A stretch of 64,000 nucleotides of DNA. It comes from the human T2T-CHM13v2.0 reference genome, Homo sapiens. Where the stretch lies: NCBI RefSeq assembly GCF_009914755.1, contig NC_060928.1. One strand, 5' to 3'. The notes beneath the pieces were generated by a model. That model worked only from the letters and a program-made list of their open reading frames with translations. It made no database searches and was not told the DNA's origin. Shown piece by piece: positions 13,963-29,339 of the stretch. Both the position numbers and the translations under genes were made by a program. How positions within the stretch are numbered: the stretch's first letter is position 1; each line of letters opens with the position of its first letter.

Positions 13963-14667
13963 TGTGTCCAGAATTGCTGGGTTCTCAGTCTCGCTGACTT
14001 CAAGAATGAAGCCACGGACCCTCGTGTTGAATGTTACAGTTCTTAAAGATGGTGTGTCTGGAGTTTGTTCCTTCAGATGTTTAGATGTCTCCGGAGCTTC
14101 TTCCGTCTGGTGGGTTGTTGGTCTCACTGACTTCAGGGGTGAAGCTGCAGACTTTTGCGGTGAGTGTTACAGCTCTTAAAGGCGGCGCGTCTGGAGCTGT
14201 TTGTTCCTTCCGGTGGGTTCATGGTCTCGCTGGCTTCAAGAGTGAAGCTACAGACCTTCATGGTGAGTGTTACAGTTCATAAAGGTGGTGCAGACCCAAA
14301 GAGTGAGCAGCAGCAAGATTTACTGGGAAGAGCCAAAGAACAAAGCTTCCACAATATGGAAGTAGACCCAACCAGGTTGCCACTGCTGCTGGCGCCTGTG
14401 GCCTGCTTTTATTCCGTTATTTGGCCCCACCCACATCTTGCTGATTGGTCCATTTTACAGAGAGCTGGTTGTTCCATTTTACAGAGAGCTCATTGGTCCA
14501 TTTTACAGAGAGCTGATTGGTCCGTTTTGACAGAGTGCTGATTGGTGCATTTACAAACCTTTAGCTAGACACAGAGTGCTGATTGGTGCGTTTTCAATCA
14601 TTTAGCTAGACACAAATGTTCTCCAAGTCCCTACCCATCCCAGAAGCCCAGCTGGCTTCACCTCTTA
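13963..14667 (-). mobile_element. LTR12 (HERV9) solo LTR, short subfamily
   Basis: tgtgtccagaattgctgggttctcagtctcgctgacttcaagaatgaagcc...ccagctggcttcacctctta; tandem gctgattgg repeats; 4-bp TSD ctgg/ctga. Confidence 0.93.
14440..14592 (-). promoter_or_regulatory. Array of CCAAT (NF-Y) boxes in LTR12 U3
   Basis: Five intact ATTGG motifs in roughly 24-bp repeated units (gctgattggtccattttacagaga) plus one degenerate unit. NF-Y binding to LTR12 is established; activity of this copy is unknown. Confidence 0.6.
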
Positions 14668-17429
14668 CTGATACAAAAACAGACACGTAGACCAATGGAA
14701 CAGGTTAGAGAACCCAGAAATAAAGCTGCACATCTACAATGATCTGACCTTTAACAAAGTCAACAAAAAGAAAAAAATGAGGAAGAACTCCCTATTCAAC
14801 AAATAGTCCTGGGATAACTGGCTGGCCATGTAAAACTGAACCCTCTCCTTTCACCATATACAAAAATCAACTCAAAATCTGTTAAAGACTTAAACATAAA
14901 ATCTAAAAACTATAAAAACTCTAGAAGAAAACCTAGAAAAGAATATTCTAGACATAGGCCCTGTCAAAGGTTTAATGATGAGGTCTCAAAAAGCAATTGT
15001 AAGAAATACAAAAATTTGTTCTCACCTGTAAGTGGGAGCTAAATATTGAGTACACATGGACACAAAGATGAGATCAATAGACACTGGGGCATACTTGAGG
15101 GTGGAGGAGGGTGAGGATTGACAAACTATCTGTTGGGTACTATGCTTACTACTAGGTGGCAAAATAATCTTTGCACCAAACCCCTGTATCATGGAATTTA
15201 CCCATATAACAAACCTGCACATGTAACACCCTGAATCTGAAACAAAAGTCGGGGAAAAAAAGCTTAAGAATATTTAAAGTACATAAAAAACATCCTGCAC
15301 CTAACAAGATAAAATTCTCATGTTTAGCCTCCAATAAAAAATTACAAGGCATAGAGGGGTAGGAAATTACAACAACAATAAGATAAAAAAATCATTTTAA
15401 ATGACTCACAAATGACACAAATGATGAAATTGGTATAAAAGGGTGTTATTATAACTGTATTTCATGTGTTGGAGAAGCTACAGAAAAGTTTTATTATGTC
15501 AAGTAAAGACATTAAGGATATGTTTAAAGAGACTAAAACCAAAATTCTAGAAAGAAAATCTAAAAGGTCAGTGATGAAAAATATACTAAATGAGAGTAAC
15601 AGCATGTTAGACATTGTAGAAAAAAATTAGTAGGCTTGAGGGCATAAAAACTGAAACTCTGAAATATGTCAAAGATAGAAATAAAATTTTTATAAAAAGA
15701 ATACAGGATTGGGGAACTGTGGCAGTTTTGTGCAGATATATATCCCAAGAAAGGGGAGATGACAACGTATTTGAAGCATTGATGAATAAAATTTTTTTAA
15801 TTTGATGTAAACTATAAAGTGACCAATACAAAAATCTCAAAAACTCAACCCGCAAGAAATATTACAAAAATTGAACAAAGGCATAGATTAATCAAACTGG
15901 CCCCCCCCAAAAAAAAGAGAGAGAGAGAATCTTAAAAGCACCTAGAAAAAACGACAAAATATTTGCAGAGAAATAAACATAACAACACATTTTTCAGAAA
16001 CAATTCAAACCTGAAATGGTGGAGCACCATCTCTCAAGCATTGCAAGAAAAACTCAACAAAAGCTTCAAATCTAGAATTGTATATAAATTAAAATATTTT
16101 TTTAAAAATCAATGCTAAAATTAAAATTATTACATAGACAAAATCTGAAATAATTTATTACTAGAACTCTTACAATATAAATAACATTAAAGGAAATTCT
16201 TCAAACACAAAGAATATTATACCATATGGAAAATTGAACCTACTCAAAGGAATGAAATTATATCTGCCTGGGAAAATGTGTCTACCACAGAATTTCTATG
16301 TCCTGCAGACTTTTTGTTTTCAATAATATACAAAACATTTATTTCACCTCAATTATATTAGGCATAGTCCTACAGTGAGTGTAGCTCTCCATCAACAGCT
16401 GAGTACAAAATTAGAACCAAACCCAACTACTATCACGTTCAATCCAGAATCTCAGGTAAGCCAACCCTAATATTATTAAATTTAAGCTAATATAAATGCT
16501 TTTCCTTTCCTCCAGTTCTATCCCAGAACAACTATCCCACATTTGTCTTAATAAAAATGTATAATATCTTAAAATTCCTTTATTCTGTAAACTGTCTATT
16601 CCAAGCTTTAATAATTTCAGTAACCATTATTCTTACCTTTGTTATAATTCTGGGATATGTGAATATTGAAGAACAATACTTAGAAAATGGCAGATAATCA
16701 AGGAGTTAGACAGATAGATCTCTCCACAGAAACTGTCTCTTAAGACACTATTATAGAAAAGTTAAAAAGATATACAGACATATTATTTTGAAACAAAATG
16801 TAAAGGAAATGTATTAATAAAACTATACTATTTTATTAAAGGGAACTAAAAATTATAGAGATATGCAAACACTTAATTTATAAACATATTTTAATCACAA
16901 AATTAATTTTAACACATTTTTACTTCAAATTAAAGTCCCAGTTTAATTAGAAACTTGATGATAAACTCATTTTATAATAAAATAGTAAGTGAAAAATTAT
17001 GGGCATGAAACCATTGATAAGAGAATTGAGAGCAGACTTGCTCTTTGAGATAACAATTTATATTATGAAAATATATAAATTTATTTAGTGACATTATTGG
17101 AACCTTAAGCAAAAGATTGATATTGTTTATAAAACTCAGAAATAGACTCCAAATTCTATAAAAATCTATTATGTAATAAATGTGACATTTCATATTGAGA
17201 ACATAAGAATTGGCTTCTCACTGGTGCTTGGAAAATTGGACAACTCTGAAATAAAAAGATAATTATATATTCATTTTAGTCAGAAAATAAATTCTATAGT
17301 AATTAATAGCTAGATAAAGTGATTCAAGTATAACAAATAATAGAAGTAGACACAACTTCAAAATTTCTTAGAATTATTTAAATGTAATCTGTTATCCTTT
17401 CATGTATCTTTATTCCTTATGTATATTAC

Positions 17430-18004
17430 TGAGCCAGGAGAATGGGGTCTGGAGGCAGGGAACTTAAGGCCAATTCATGCTGAATCGGGGACAAACGCCA
17501 AGGTCTGGGGACAGGGAATCTGAGGCCAATTCATGCAAACTTCCTAAACCTAAACCCCATCTCCCCACTCTGAGTAACAAAGAAGACCCAAAGGCTACTT
17601 TCCTACAACTCTCTCCCTTCCACCACATCTCAGATGGCAAGGGAGAGTGCCTTAGATTGGCCAGGGGCCCAGTAGGGACCATTCCTTCATCTGCACAGAC
17701 AGCCATTTAACTCAGCCTTTAATTAGCCACAGACCAAATCCTTCATCCAGATAAGGAGTAACTGACAGGAACCTCAAAATAAAGGTACTTAAAACCAAGA
17801 AAACTTTGTAACTGGCCCTTGAGCTGCTTGCTCGGGCCCACTCTCACCTTGTGGTGTGCTTTCTCACTTTAATAAATTCCTACTTTTGCTGTTCATGCCT
17901 GTGTATCATTCCTCTGTTACTGTGTTTGTGGGTTTTGTCCAATTTTTTTGTTCAAAACCCGAGAACCTGAACAACTTACACTCAAGGCCCTCCTTCTGGT
18001 AACA
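17430..18004 (+). mobile_element. MER51-like ERV1 solo LTR
   Basis: tgagccaggagaatggggtctggaggcagggaacttaaggcc...aataaa (about 17871)...ctggtaaca; TSD ttac/atac. Confidence 0.75.
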
Positions 18005-19342
18005 ATACCTAGATTAAGCTCAGTTTGAAATGGACACAGAAATGTAAAAATTTAAGTTCCTTGGTGTATGTGTTCTAGGACTTTGGGATCTGAAAAGTTT
18101 CTAGAAAGTTATCCTACATATTTCATTTTAATTTCGAACACAGTATGCACGATATTGATCACATATTGGCTAGAATGGCTGGATGTTGACTTTTGCCAAT
18201 TACATTTGTCAAGAATCCGTCAGTTAGTTTGCTTATGATTCCACAGTCCTAAATATCAAGGAAGTTATTTACATCTTTAAAAAATTATATATAATTACTT
18301 ATCGTAGTATATGCAGCATCAAAGCAGAAGTTTGAAGAATGTTTATAATTACATTGAAAAAGTGTGTGATGACTCTGTGGAACCCGACTGACAAATCTGC
18401 ATTATGAAAGAACAGCTTATTTTAACCAATGAACAGAAAAGTACATTGTTATCTTTCCCTATTTTTCTCCTAAAAGAGGGAATCTTAAACTAACTAAGGG
18501 TGTTTTTTTTTTTTGTTGCTTCTCTATGTTAAGCTTTATTTTTCATAATTGTACCATCCAAGACATGAAATGCAATGACAGTGCGTATCATATCAAAACA
18601 TTTCACTTTTAATGCAGACCACCACAAAACAATGCTGTAAGTAAGGAAATAAGCTTTGACATCTTTGTCAAGTCAAAATTGTAGGTAATTATTTTGAAGT
18701 AAGTCTTCTCTTTTATTTTAAAACTGAACGAAGAAAAGTGGCCATAATTATTCTGCAATGTAAATGTAAAAGTGGTACAGGCCATAATTCCTGGAGTTAT
18801 CAATTCTCTTCTCTGTCTGATGCAGCAGGAACCAGACAAATAAAATATTTATGTAAAAAATGTAGCTTAGTAAAAGAAGCTAAATACAATTCAAGTCATC
18901 ATATAGAATATTTAAATAATGAACACTAATTTGAATGTGGTGCTATTTAGTATTCTGTCATGAATATTAAAATTTAATAAAATTTGTTCACATAAATGGC
19001 ATATCTACTATATTTAGGGGTTTACATATTTCTCAACCTAGTAAAAAGCAAAATTATTGAGAGGTAGTGTAAACACTATCAGTGTCATAAAACACCACCT
19101 GGCAACATCGTTTCTACCATGTTTCTAATTAGCGACCACTTCAAAAGAGAATATTTCCCTTTAAAAAACTATTTTCCTTTCCGATGCTACAGACTCACAA
19201 GAAAAACAAATTGTATGTTCTTTGAAATATTTTAGAAAGATATCATGAGCTGTTTGAAGTAATTTAAAGAAAGACACTGAGAAAAACCAGTCATTAACTT
19301 AATAAATCTTAAGGAAAAATGTCTTTAAAAAAGGTACCAGAA

Positions 19343-19659
<317 letters not shown>

Positions 19660-19939
19660 CTATAATAGTTAATTTTGATTTTTTTCCTGAAAGCAGAAAA
19701 TAATTTTTGAATATATTTATTACTGGAAACAAAGTGATCCACAGACTATTTTTCCAGCTCATATGGCTGTGTATTAGAGGCATCTGCTTTATTTTATGGA
19801 GACTAACAATGGAACAATTATGTGTACATGTTAAAATTTACAAATATACGAATATGTTAAACCAGAGTTGAAATAACATGGGTTGAAATTCTGAATCTAG
19901 TTCCATCAAAAACAGTAATAAACTTATTGATTTTGGTGA

Positions 19940-20192
19940 TAATAATAGCAAATACTTCCTTGGGGCTTACTATATACAAGATGTAGTTGCTGATGCTTTA
20001 TGTGTATAAACATATTTAAGCCTAACAAGAACCCTATGAGTTAGTGCTATTTTTATTAAACCAAGTTTACTTATGAGAAAGTTGAAGTTGAGGCACAGAG
20101 GTTAAATTGCCCAAACTTTTATAGCTAATGGAGAAATAACTGAGATACATACACAACTATGTGGCTCTCTAGTCTATGAACTTTCCACTCCA
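19940..20192 (-). mobile_element. MIR SINE
   Basis: aataatagcaaatact...cttactatatac...tttaagcctaacaagaaccctatgag...tgaggcacagaggttaaattgccca. Confidence 0.65.
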
Positions 20193-21116
20193 CTAGAAAG
20201 TGCCCTGTAAACTATGTTTGCCTCGAATCTTTGCAAATCATTCGTAAACTCTTCTTTCTCAGTAATGGATGAGGCCTCAGATTACTGTGTTTATTTTATT
20301 ATTCTCTAGTGTCAAATAATTTATTTTTCTATGTTTATCTCTAGTTTTAATTTGGGAAACAACTCTCACTCTCTACATACACATATATATACATATATAC
20401 ATATTTATCAAATCAACCAAGCATACTTGAACAAAGTATTCTTTTATTTGTATAAAAAAATTACATTATATAAAAGACAATATTCATAATGCTGATAAAA
20501 CAAAATTAATAATCACTAGCCTTTGTGCTGAAAGGACGCTCTTCTAGTACATATTATTCAACTATCTTAGAATGCGCTCTTCATATTTACCGCACTCAGT
20601 TCCACTAGGCCGTGTTTAAAACTGTATTCATCTTCGATGACATATTTCTTGGCTTCTCTAAGTAACACTAACTGTCCTTTTACTTATGTAACTGTTATTT
20701 TGCATATATATATATTTTTCTACATTAAAAATAATGTTCTGTAATAAGATAATTTAAATACTATGAATGTATGTAAAATTTTATTTTTATTTATTTAAAA
20801 AAAAAACTTCCTCTGCCTTTTTTCTCCCATCTTAATCCAACTCTTGTAAGGTAAGCACTCTTCAGAAGTTGATGAGTAGTCTCACAAAAAATAAACCAAC
20901 TACAAAACATAGTCAAACGTTTAATATATACACAAGCACATCCATCATAGTATGTATCATAGGGTTGATATTTATTAGCTTACTAGAAAATTATGAGGTA
21001 GAAAGTTAGATCAGCTAAAATAAGGAATTATCATGAAGCCCCTAGGAGAGAGCTTTACTGTTGTTTTGTGTATGTATTTATTTGGTTGAATAAACACATC
21101 AATTCACAGTTTTATT

Positions 21117-21118
<2 letters not shown>

Positions 21119-21156
<38 letters not shown>
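21119..21156. repeat. (CA)n microsatellite
   Basis: Perfect AC run. Confidence 0.97.
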
Positions 21157-21157
<1 letters not shown>

Positions 21158-21350
21158 AAACACACTTTGACTTGGTTTGAAAGCAGAACTGGTTATAACA
21201 CCCATCTCTCTTTACTACCAACAAGGTAATCTGGAGTAAGTTTGTTGAATTTCTACATTTTGACTTTCTAATTTAGGAAATGGTGATGATAGTATTTATA
21301 TGAAAAGATATTGAACGATGGCCATTTTTTCTTGTAAACTATAAAGACTT

Positions 21351-21845
21351 TGTGATGGTTAATTTTATGTGTCAACTTAATTGAGCCATAGGATACCTAA
21401 ACCTCTTATTAAACATTATTCTTGATGTGCCTGTAAGTCTGTTTCTGTAATAGATTATTATTCGAACAGGTGGACTGATTGAAACAGCTGGCCCTCTGCA
21501 GTGTAGGTGGGCAGCATCCCGCCCATTGAGAGCCTAGGTAGAACAAAAAAGCAGAGAAAGTTTGGTTTTCCTTTCTCTTGGCCTGACTGCTTGAGCTAGG
21601 ACATCGATCATCTCCTGCCCTTAGGTCTGAAATAAAATCTATTTCATCAACTTCCTTGCTCTTCAGCCTTCAGACTATATCACCTGCTTTTCTGGGTCTG
21701 CAGCTTGCAGACAGCAAATTGTGGGACTCTCAGCTTCCATAATTGCATCAGCTGAAGCTTCATAATAAATCTCAGGAGTTTTATATATATATATATATAT
21801 ATATCCTATTGGTTCTGTTTCTCCGGAGAAACCCCAACTAATACA
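21351..21845 (+). mobile_element. MLT2 (ERVL) solo LTR with internal (TA)n
   Basis: tgtgatggttaattttatgtgtcaactt...cctattggttctgtttctccggagaaaccccaactaataca; TSD gactt/gaatt. Confidence 0.9.
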
Positions 21846-23174
21846 GAATTCTATAAATGAATATTATACACACATATTTTTAATGTGCCACTACACATTA
21901 AACGTAAATGTATACTTATGTATAAATAAAGTGGTATAATTGATTATAACAATTGTAGTAATATATGCAACATGTACTTATCTATACCTAGAAGGCTTAC
22001 TTACAAAATCCAAGGCAACAATTACACAATGCTTTTCTTCTTTAAAATACAGTGCAAGAAATGGTTGTCCTAGTGGATTTTTACATAAAACCTATCACTC
22101 ATTCATGGAAATGGCATAATATCAATAAGACAAACTGTATGCACTTACTGTTCTTGGACTGGTAATCGATTCAAAGCCATTCTCTCATAGTGCCTCATGT
22201 AGTCAATGATTTTTGTTTGTGCTTTAGTGCTGACTGGATTTTGGACTGCATTATGAGACCTCTGAACAGGAGAAGTTCTTCAAGGATTGCACTCTTGACC
22301 TTATTCAGGCCATGATTTCATCTTGTGATCAGTAGTAATTTTGCAAAACACTCAGTAAGTAATGCCATCTAACATTAATTTAAACATTTGAGCCATTATT
22401 TATAATTATTATTTAACATAATTTCGCCTGCTTATTTTATGGTGAAAGGGATACATAGATAGATAATATTTGGGAGTATTTGAATTTAGGTTTTAGCACA
22501 ATGGCTGTGAACTCAAAGTTGAGATTACAAACCAATGTCTCTATTTTTCATTCAGTTATATTTAGCTCCTATAGAAGGCATCTCTGGAAAGATATTTGTG
22601 AGCTATAGTTACTATTCAAAGCTCAACAGAACTGAAATATCAAAAATGTATATTTTTTCCTGTAAGGTTAATGAATATTTACAAAGTTAATCAAGAATTG
22701 ACATAATAATTCAGGAAAAATCTGGCATAGGCTTATTTTTTTGCTTTCAATAATCAAGATTATTCATCAAATTTAAAAGGTAATCACTGAGCTATCTATT
22801 TCTCAGAGGAAAACATGAGAAACTTGAAAATTAAGAAAGCAGATTGAGGAAATTTCACAACTATGAGACCATTAAGGAAAAGAGGACATTACAGTAATAG
22901 AGAATGTATGGCACCTTCCACTCACGTATCAATGCAATCAGGGTATATGCAGCCTTTATCCTGGTTCAGACAATGTGATAGAAAACAGAAACAAATAAAC
23001 CTAGGCATAGCTTCTGTCCTCAAGTAACAAACTGTCCAGTAGACAGACTGAAATAGTAAGAAAAATCTTAAAACTGTGAAAACTAACTTAATGGTTCAAA
23101 AATAAGAAATAACTAATTACCTTAAATTTCAGAGAAAGTTTGAATGTATTTTTAACTTAAAAATATGTGAATAA

Positions 23175-23513
<339 letters not shown>

Positions 23514-24968
23514 TTAAAGATTTGAAAATTTTACCCAAGTCAAAAGTTTCAATCACTAAGATTAGTAATATTTTGTTTTCAAAGTGTAACTGTGTTTTCA
23601 ACAGACTATCATTGATGACACATGTAAGAGAAATTGTCTTGGTGTTTCTTGCTGGTTCTACATTTTAAATACATGATATTAGTTATTTATTTGGTATTTC
23701 ACTATGTATTCTGTTCCTTAGAACACATTTTGTTGTGTTTGTGTTAATGGGCAGAATGTAGAAAAGCGTGATAATACCTAACACTGAAAACCAGATTTTT
23801 TGTGAGTAATGAAAAATTGAGCTCTAATTTTAATTTATTGAAGAAAAAGCTATGAAAGCTAGTTTTTAAAAGTTGAATGAAGGATTTTCTTGTCTTATGT
23901 GTGTAGTCTGACCCTTTTTCTTTTTCTTATTACTGATTTTCAGCTACAATAATCATCATGCATATTTTAGAAAATTTAAAAAAAGTTCAGTTGAGAAAAA
24001 TTATCCTTAATCATACCATTATGGCCGACTTTTTTGTGCATTTTCAAAGTTTTTTATTGTTCTATACATATTATGTATAGTAGGAAGTAAAATTAATGCT
24101 AGTAGATCTATACACACACCCACACATGCACATATCATTGTAATTGATTCTTCTCTTCCAACAATGCTACATGGAATAAAGGTGGTCTTATTTATTTTAA
24201 GGTGAAAAAAAGTTCTGGCTCAAAATTTGAATTGCCCATGATATATATGGGCACTTAAATGGGATGTTAACATTTCTTTGTGCTGCCAAATCCTGGAGAA
24301 TGTGAGAAGCATTACTGCACTCAAAGATTTACAAATATAAGCCCTATAGTTTATAGGGGAGGATCTGAAAAAGCTGAATTATTCTGCATAGAAGACAGTG
24401 AAGGATTTTTTGTTTTACAGATTGTCAGCCAAAGACAAGGTGCAAGAGAAACCCTGCAAGATGGCAAGAAGACGGAGCTTCAAATGAAGGCACACCAGGG
24501 AGATACAGATAGTGTCCCACTCATTTCCCAAGTGACTTTGAAAGATGGAGGGGAATAATATTGAATTGTAAGCTCTCTGCTGTGCTCTGTTGTGGAGCAG
24601 CATCTCCCCACTGTGTCATATTTTTCAGAGAATTCAGCTCATGCAGACTTATTTATGGGTTCTTTGGGGATGATGAAGAAAAACGAGAAATATCTGGAGA
24701 TGAGAGAGGTGAAAATTGGTTCAACAGGTGGCCGTACATGCAGAGATAGAAAAGCAGAGAAGCAGGGGATTTGCAAGAGCAGCAATGACCAGGTAAGATG
24801 CGAGCACATACACATTTCTCCAGACATGTTAGGAAGAATACTTATTTCTTATTAAAGCACATGAGAGGATGAGGTGGGAGCGACAACCGATTTTAACTAA
24901 ATCGTAAAAGCCAGTGTGACCCTTAGAAGCTTAGGCCTCCTAAGGAACATCTGAGAAGCTTTCAGTTG

Positions 24969-24973
24969 TCACA

Positions 24974-25007
<34 letters not shown>
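24969..25007. repeat. (CA)n microsatellite
   Basis: CA run with one interruption. Confidence 0.95.
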
Positions 25008-25012
<5 letters not shown>

Positions 25013-25325
25013 CCTATATGTTTGCTGTTAGAGTTTCCCTCTACTGCTTTCTAAATTGCTCTTTGATTTAGCAGGGTACCATAAATGCCTCCCAAATTCA
25101 TTCAGTGCAGTCCAACATCATAATTTGTAGACATCAAGGTACATTATTCCACTAACATATGTAGCTCCTTTATTATACCTACACAACATACATTATTTAT
25201 TTTACATATATTATATAAAGAAAGTATTTTTGTTTAAATATTAACTCATCATTTTGTATATTTCTTTTAAAACCTTTCTTTGCCTACATTATAAAACCAC
25301 AAGGATTAAAAATATTTTTAGTTCT

Positions 25326-25616
<291 letters not shown>

Positions 25617-26612
25617 TTATCCTGATAGATTATAGACACTAGTTTGTGGTATTTTATTTTATTCACCTCTAGATTTTTCCATAGCTCCTAGCACAGTGGT
25701 TGCAGAGAATGGATACACAGTAAATATTTCTTAGATATTAAAGTAATAAAGAATTTATAAATCAAACAGCTATTAAATGACACTGTGTTTTGTTTTTGTT
25801 TTTCTATGAGATTTGATCAGAAGCTTACAGGTTTATTTGTAATTTTTATTAAATTTTAATCATCCCTATCCTTTGTGTTTGCATTTATCAATCATGTGAC
25901 ATAATGATTTTACACTACTTTCTTTGAAAATAAAAAGTAATAAAATAGAACTATTATGGAAATTAAATTTTGAGACTACTTGTCCTAGTTCTTTCAACCA
26001 AATAAAAATTGCTTCAGAAAACTGTCAGTAAACCAGTTCTGTAGTGAATATTTACAGTGTGTCCAGGGATTTACTATACCTTATTACTGTTTTGAGAAAA
26101 ACAGTAAACTCTTCAGAGAGATAAAAATAACACATTTGAAACTTCAGTGAGCTATATATCACAGAATGCAATTACTGAGTCCAATAGTGCAAAGACATGA
26201 TTGATCAATCATTGAAAAAATAAGCAGAAAAAATAATTGCAATTGTCTTACAGATGTACAGTCTAATTTTGATTTCATATCACATGCATAAAAAGAAGAA
26301 ATTTGAGGTCATCTTGTAATATTTCAGATACATTTGTTGTGAAAATAGGTTAAATGATAGTTATTAAGATAATTCTATAATCAAAAAAATTTAATAAAAG
26401 TTTTTCAAGGCATCCTGAAATGAGGCTGTGAATTCAACTCCTAACATCACTGAAATGAATACTTCATAGAGAGTGGTAGGTAAGAAACTAGTGGTCATCC
26501 TCTGCTGTTATGTAAAATTTTCAGTCTTAGATTTAAATAACCTTTATAATGGGAGAAATATTGTAAGAGTCACGGGCCAAGAAACTTGTGTCAGTGCCAC
26601 AGTGGTGAGTAA

Positions 26613-26959
<347 letters not shown>

Positions 26960-27219
26960 AAATGTGAGTTTTAAATTGTGCTTACATTCTAATATGGCTG
27001 TGCTATGTCTGATCGATAGTTCATCATTTACATAATCAATATTTTCATTATTTCTAAATTCATCATTTATTGGATGAGCAGAATGAAAGAATCAGCTATG
27101 CCTAGGTCCTTTCATGCTACATGCATGGACTTTTGCCTTTATGTTCAAAGTTTAGAAAATTGGAAGATACCCTTTCTCAAAATATCATAGCTGTTTTCTT
27201 TCCACTTTTTTGTATTTCT

Positions 27220-28649
<1,430 letters not shown>

Positions 28650-28724
28650 TTAAAAGAAACACAATTTTTCAACTCCATGAATTAGGACAATTTATTTGTA
28701 GTAATGTACAAATGTAGAATATTA

Positions 28725-28820
28725 TTAAGTGGGTGCAAAATTAATTGGGGGTTTTGCCAATTGTGGTTTTTGCCTCTACTTTCAATGGGAAAAACCACAA
28801 CTAATTGTTCACTGACCTAA
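28725..28820. mobile_element. MADE1 (Hsmar1-derived MITE)
   Basis: ttaagtgggtgcaaaa...ttgttcactgacctaa inverted termini flanked by TA/TA. Confidence 0.8.
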
Positions 28821-28939
28821 TACAATCTTTTTAAAGTGATTACATAACGAAGAGCATCTCAGAGTTTAAACAGGGATTTTAAAAAATACCAAACCAGTAA
28901 AATTATAATTGACAGCATTATTTTAGCAGGATAGATAAC

Positions 28940-29210
28940 TTTTTTAAAATAATTTTATTGAGTTACATTTAATATAGCAAAAAACTGAGCATATTTAATG
29001 TGTACAATTTAATGACTTTGGAAACGGGCATACACCTGTGAAACTATCACTACAATCAGGGTAATGAACAGATTCGTCACCTCCAATAGTGTTATCCTTC
29101 CTCTTTGGGTTTTTCTGTTTGTTTGGTTCCTTGGCTTATTTTTTGTTTTGGTGGTAATAACACTTAAAATGAGATGTACCCTTTTAACAAATTTTTAAGT
29201 ATACAATATT
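28940..29210 (-). mobile_element. L1M (L1MB/MC) 3' end
   Basis: ttttattgagttacattt...atatttaatgtgtacaattt...gtgaaactatcactacaatcag. Confidence 0.65.
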
Positions 29211-29339
29211 GAGCTGCCTTGTTTCAGTTGTGTAAGATGAATAAATTTTAGACACCAACTTTTTTTTCACTTGTTTGTCTTAGCAGATTGACTGCCAGAA
29301 ATCAATCTGGTGAAATTACAGATGAATCATCCTAAGCAA

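Larger units (their letters stand above)
13400..15260 (+). mobile_element. Truncated L1PA15/16-like element (ORF2 3' half plus 3'UTR), with LTR12 insertion and internal deletion
   Basis: ORF 13732-13926 ([19 protein letters not shown]...) is L1 ORF2; WYWY codons are split by LTR12; L1PA16-type 3'UTR at 15020-15255. Confidence 0.85.
12760..16260 (+). mobile_element. Old L1M (L1M4/L1MD-like) 5'UTR and ORF1 remnant; host of nested insertions
   Basis: ataaaactgtttctaagttacttaattg (about 13372) resumes as aagcttaagaatattta...cacctaacaagataaaattc (about 15260); ORF1-like A-rich remnants follow. Confidence 0.6.

Noticed and set aside
13964-14541. Overlapping ORFs up to 125 aa
   Set aside because: Antisense reading of LTR12 internal repeats.
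14440-14610. CRISPR-like or novel repeat array
   Set aside because: Head-to-tail CCAAT units intrinsic to LTR12 U3; no unique spacers or cas genes; eukaryotic DNA.
17445-17537. About 35-bp imperfect duplication at the start of the MER51-like LTR
   Set aside because: May be a consensus feature of the subfamily; cannot be shown to be unusual without a library search.
24234-24254. Small hairpin tgcccat...atgggca
   Set aside because: 7-bp arms are expected by chance in 64 kb.
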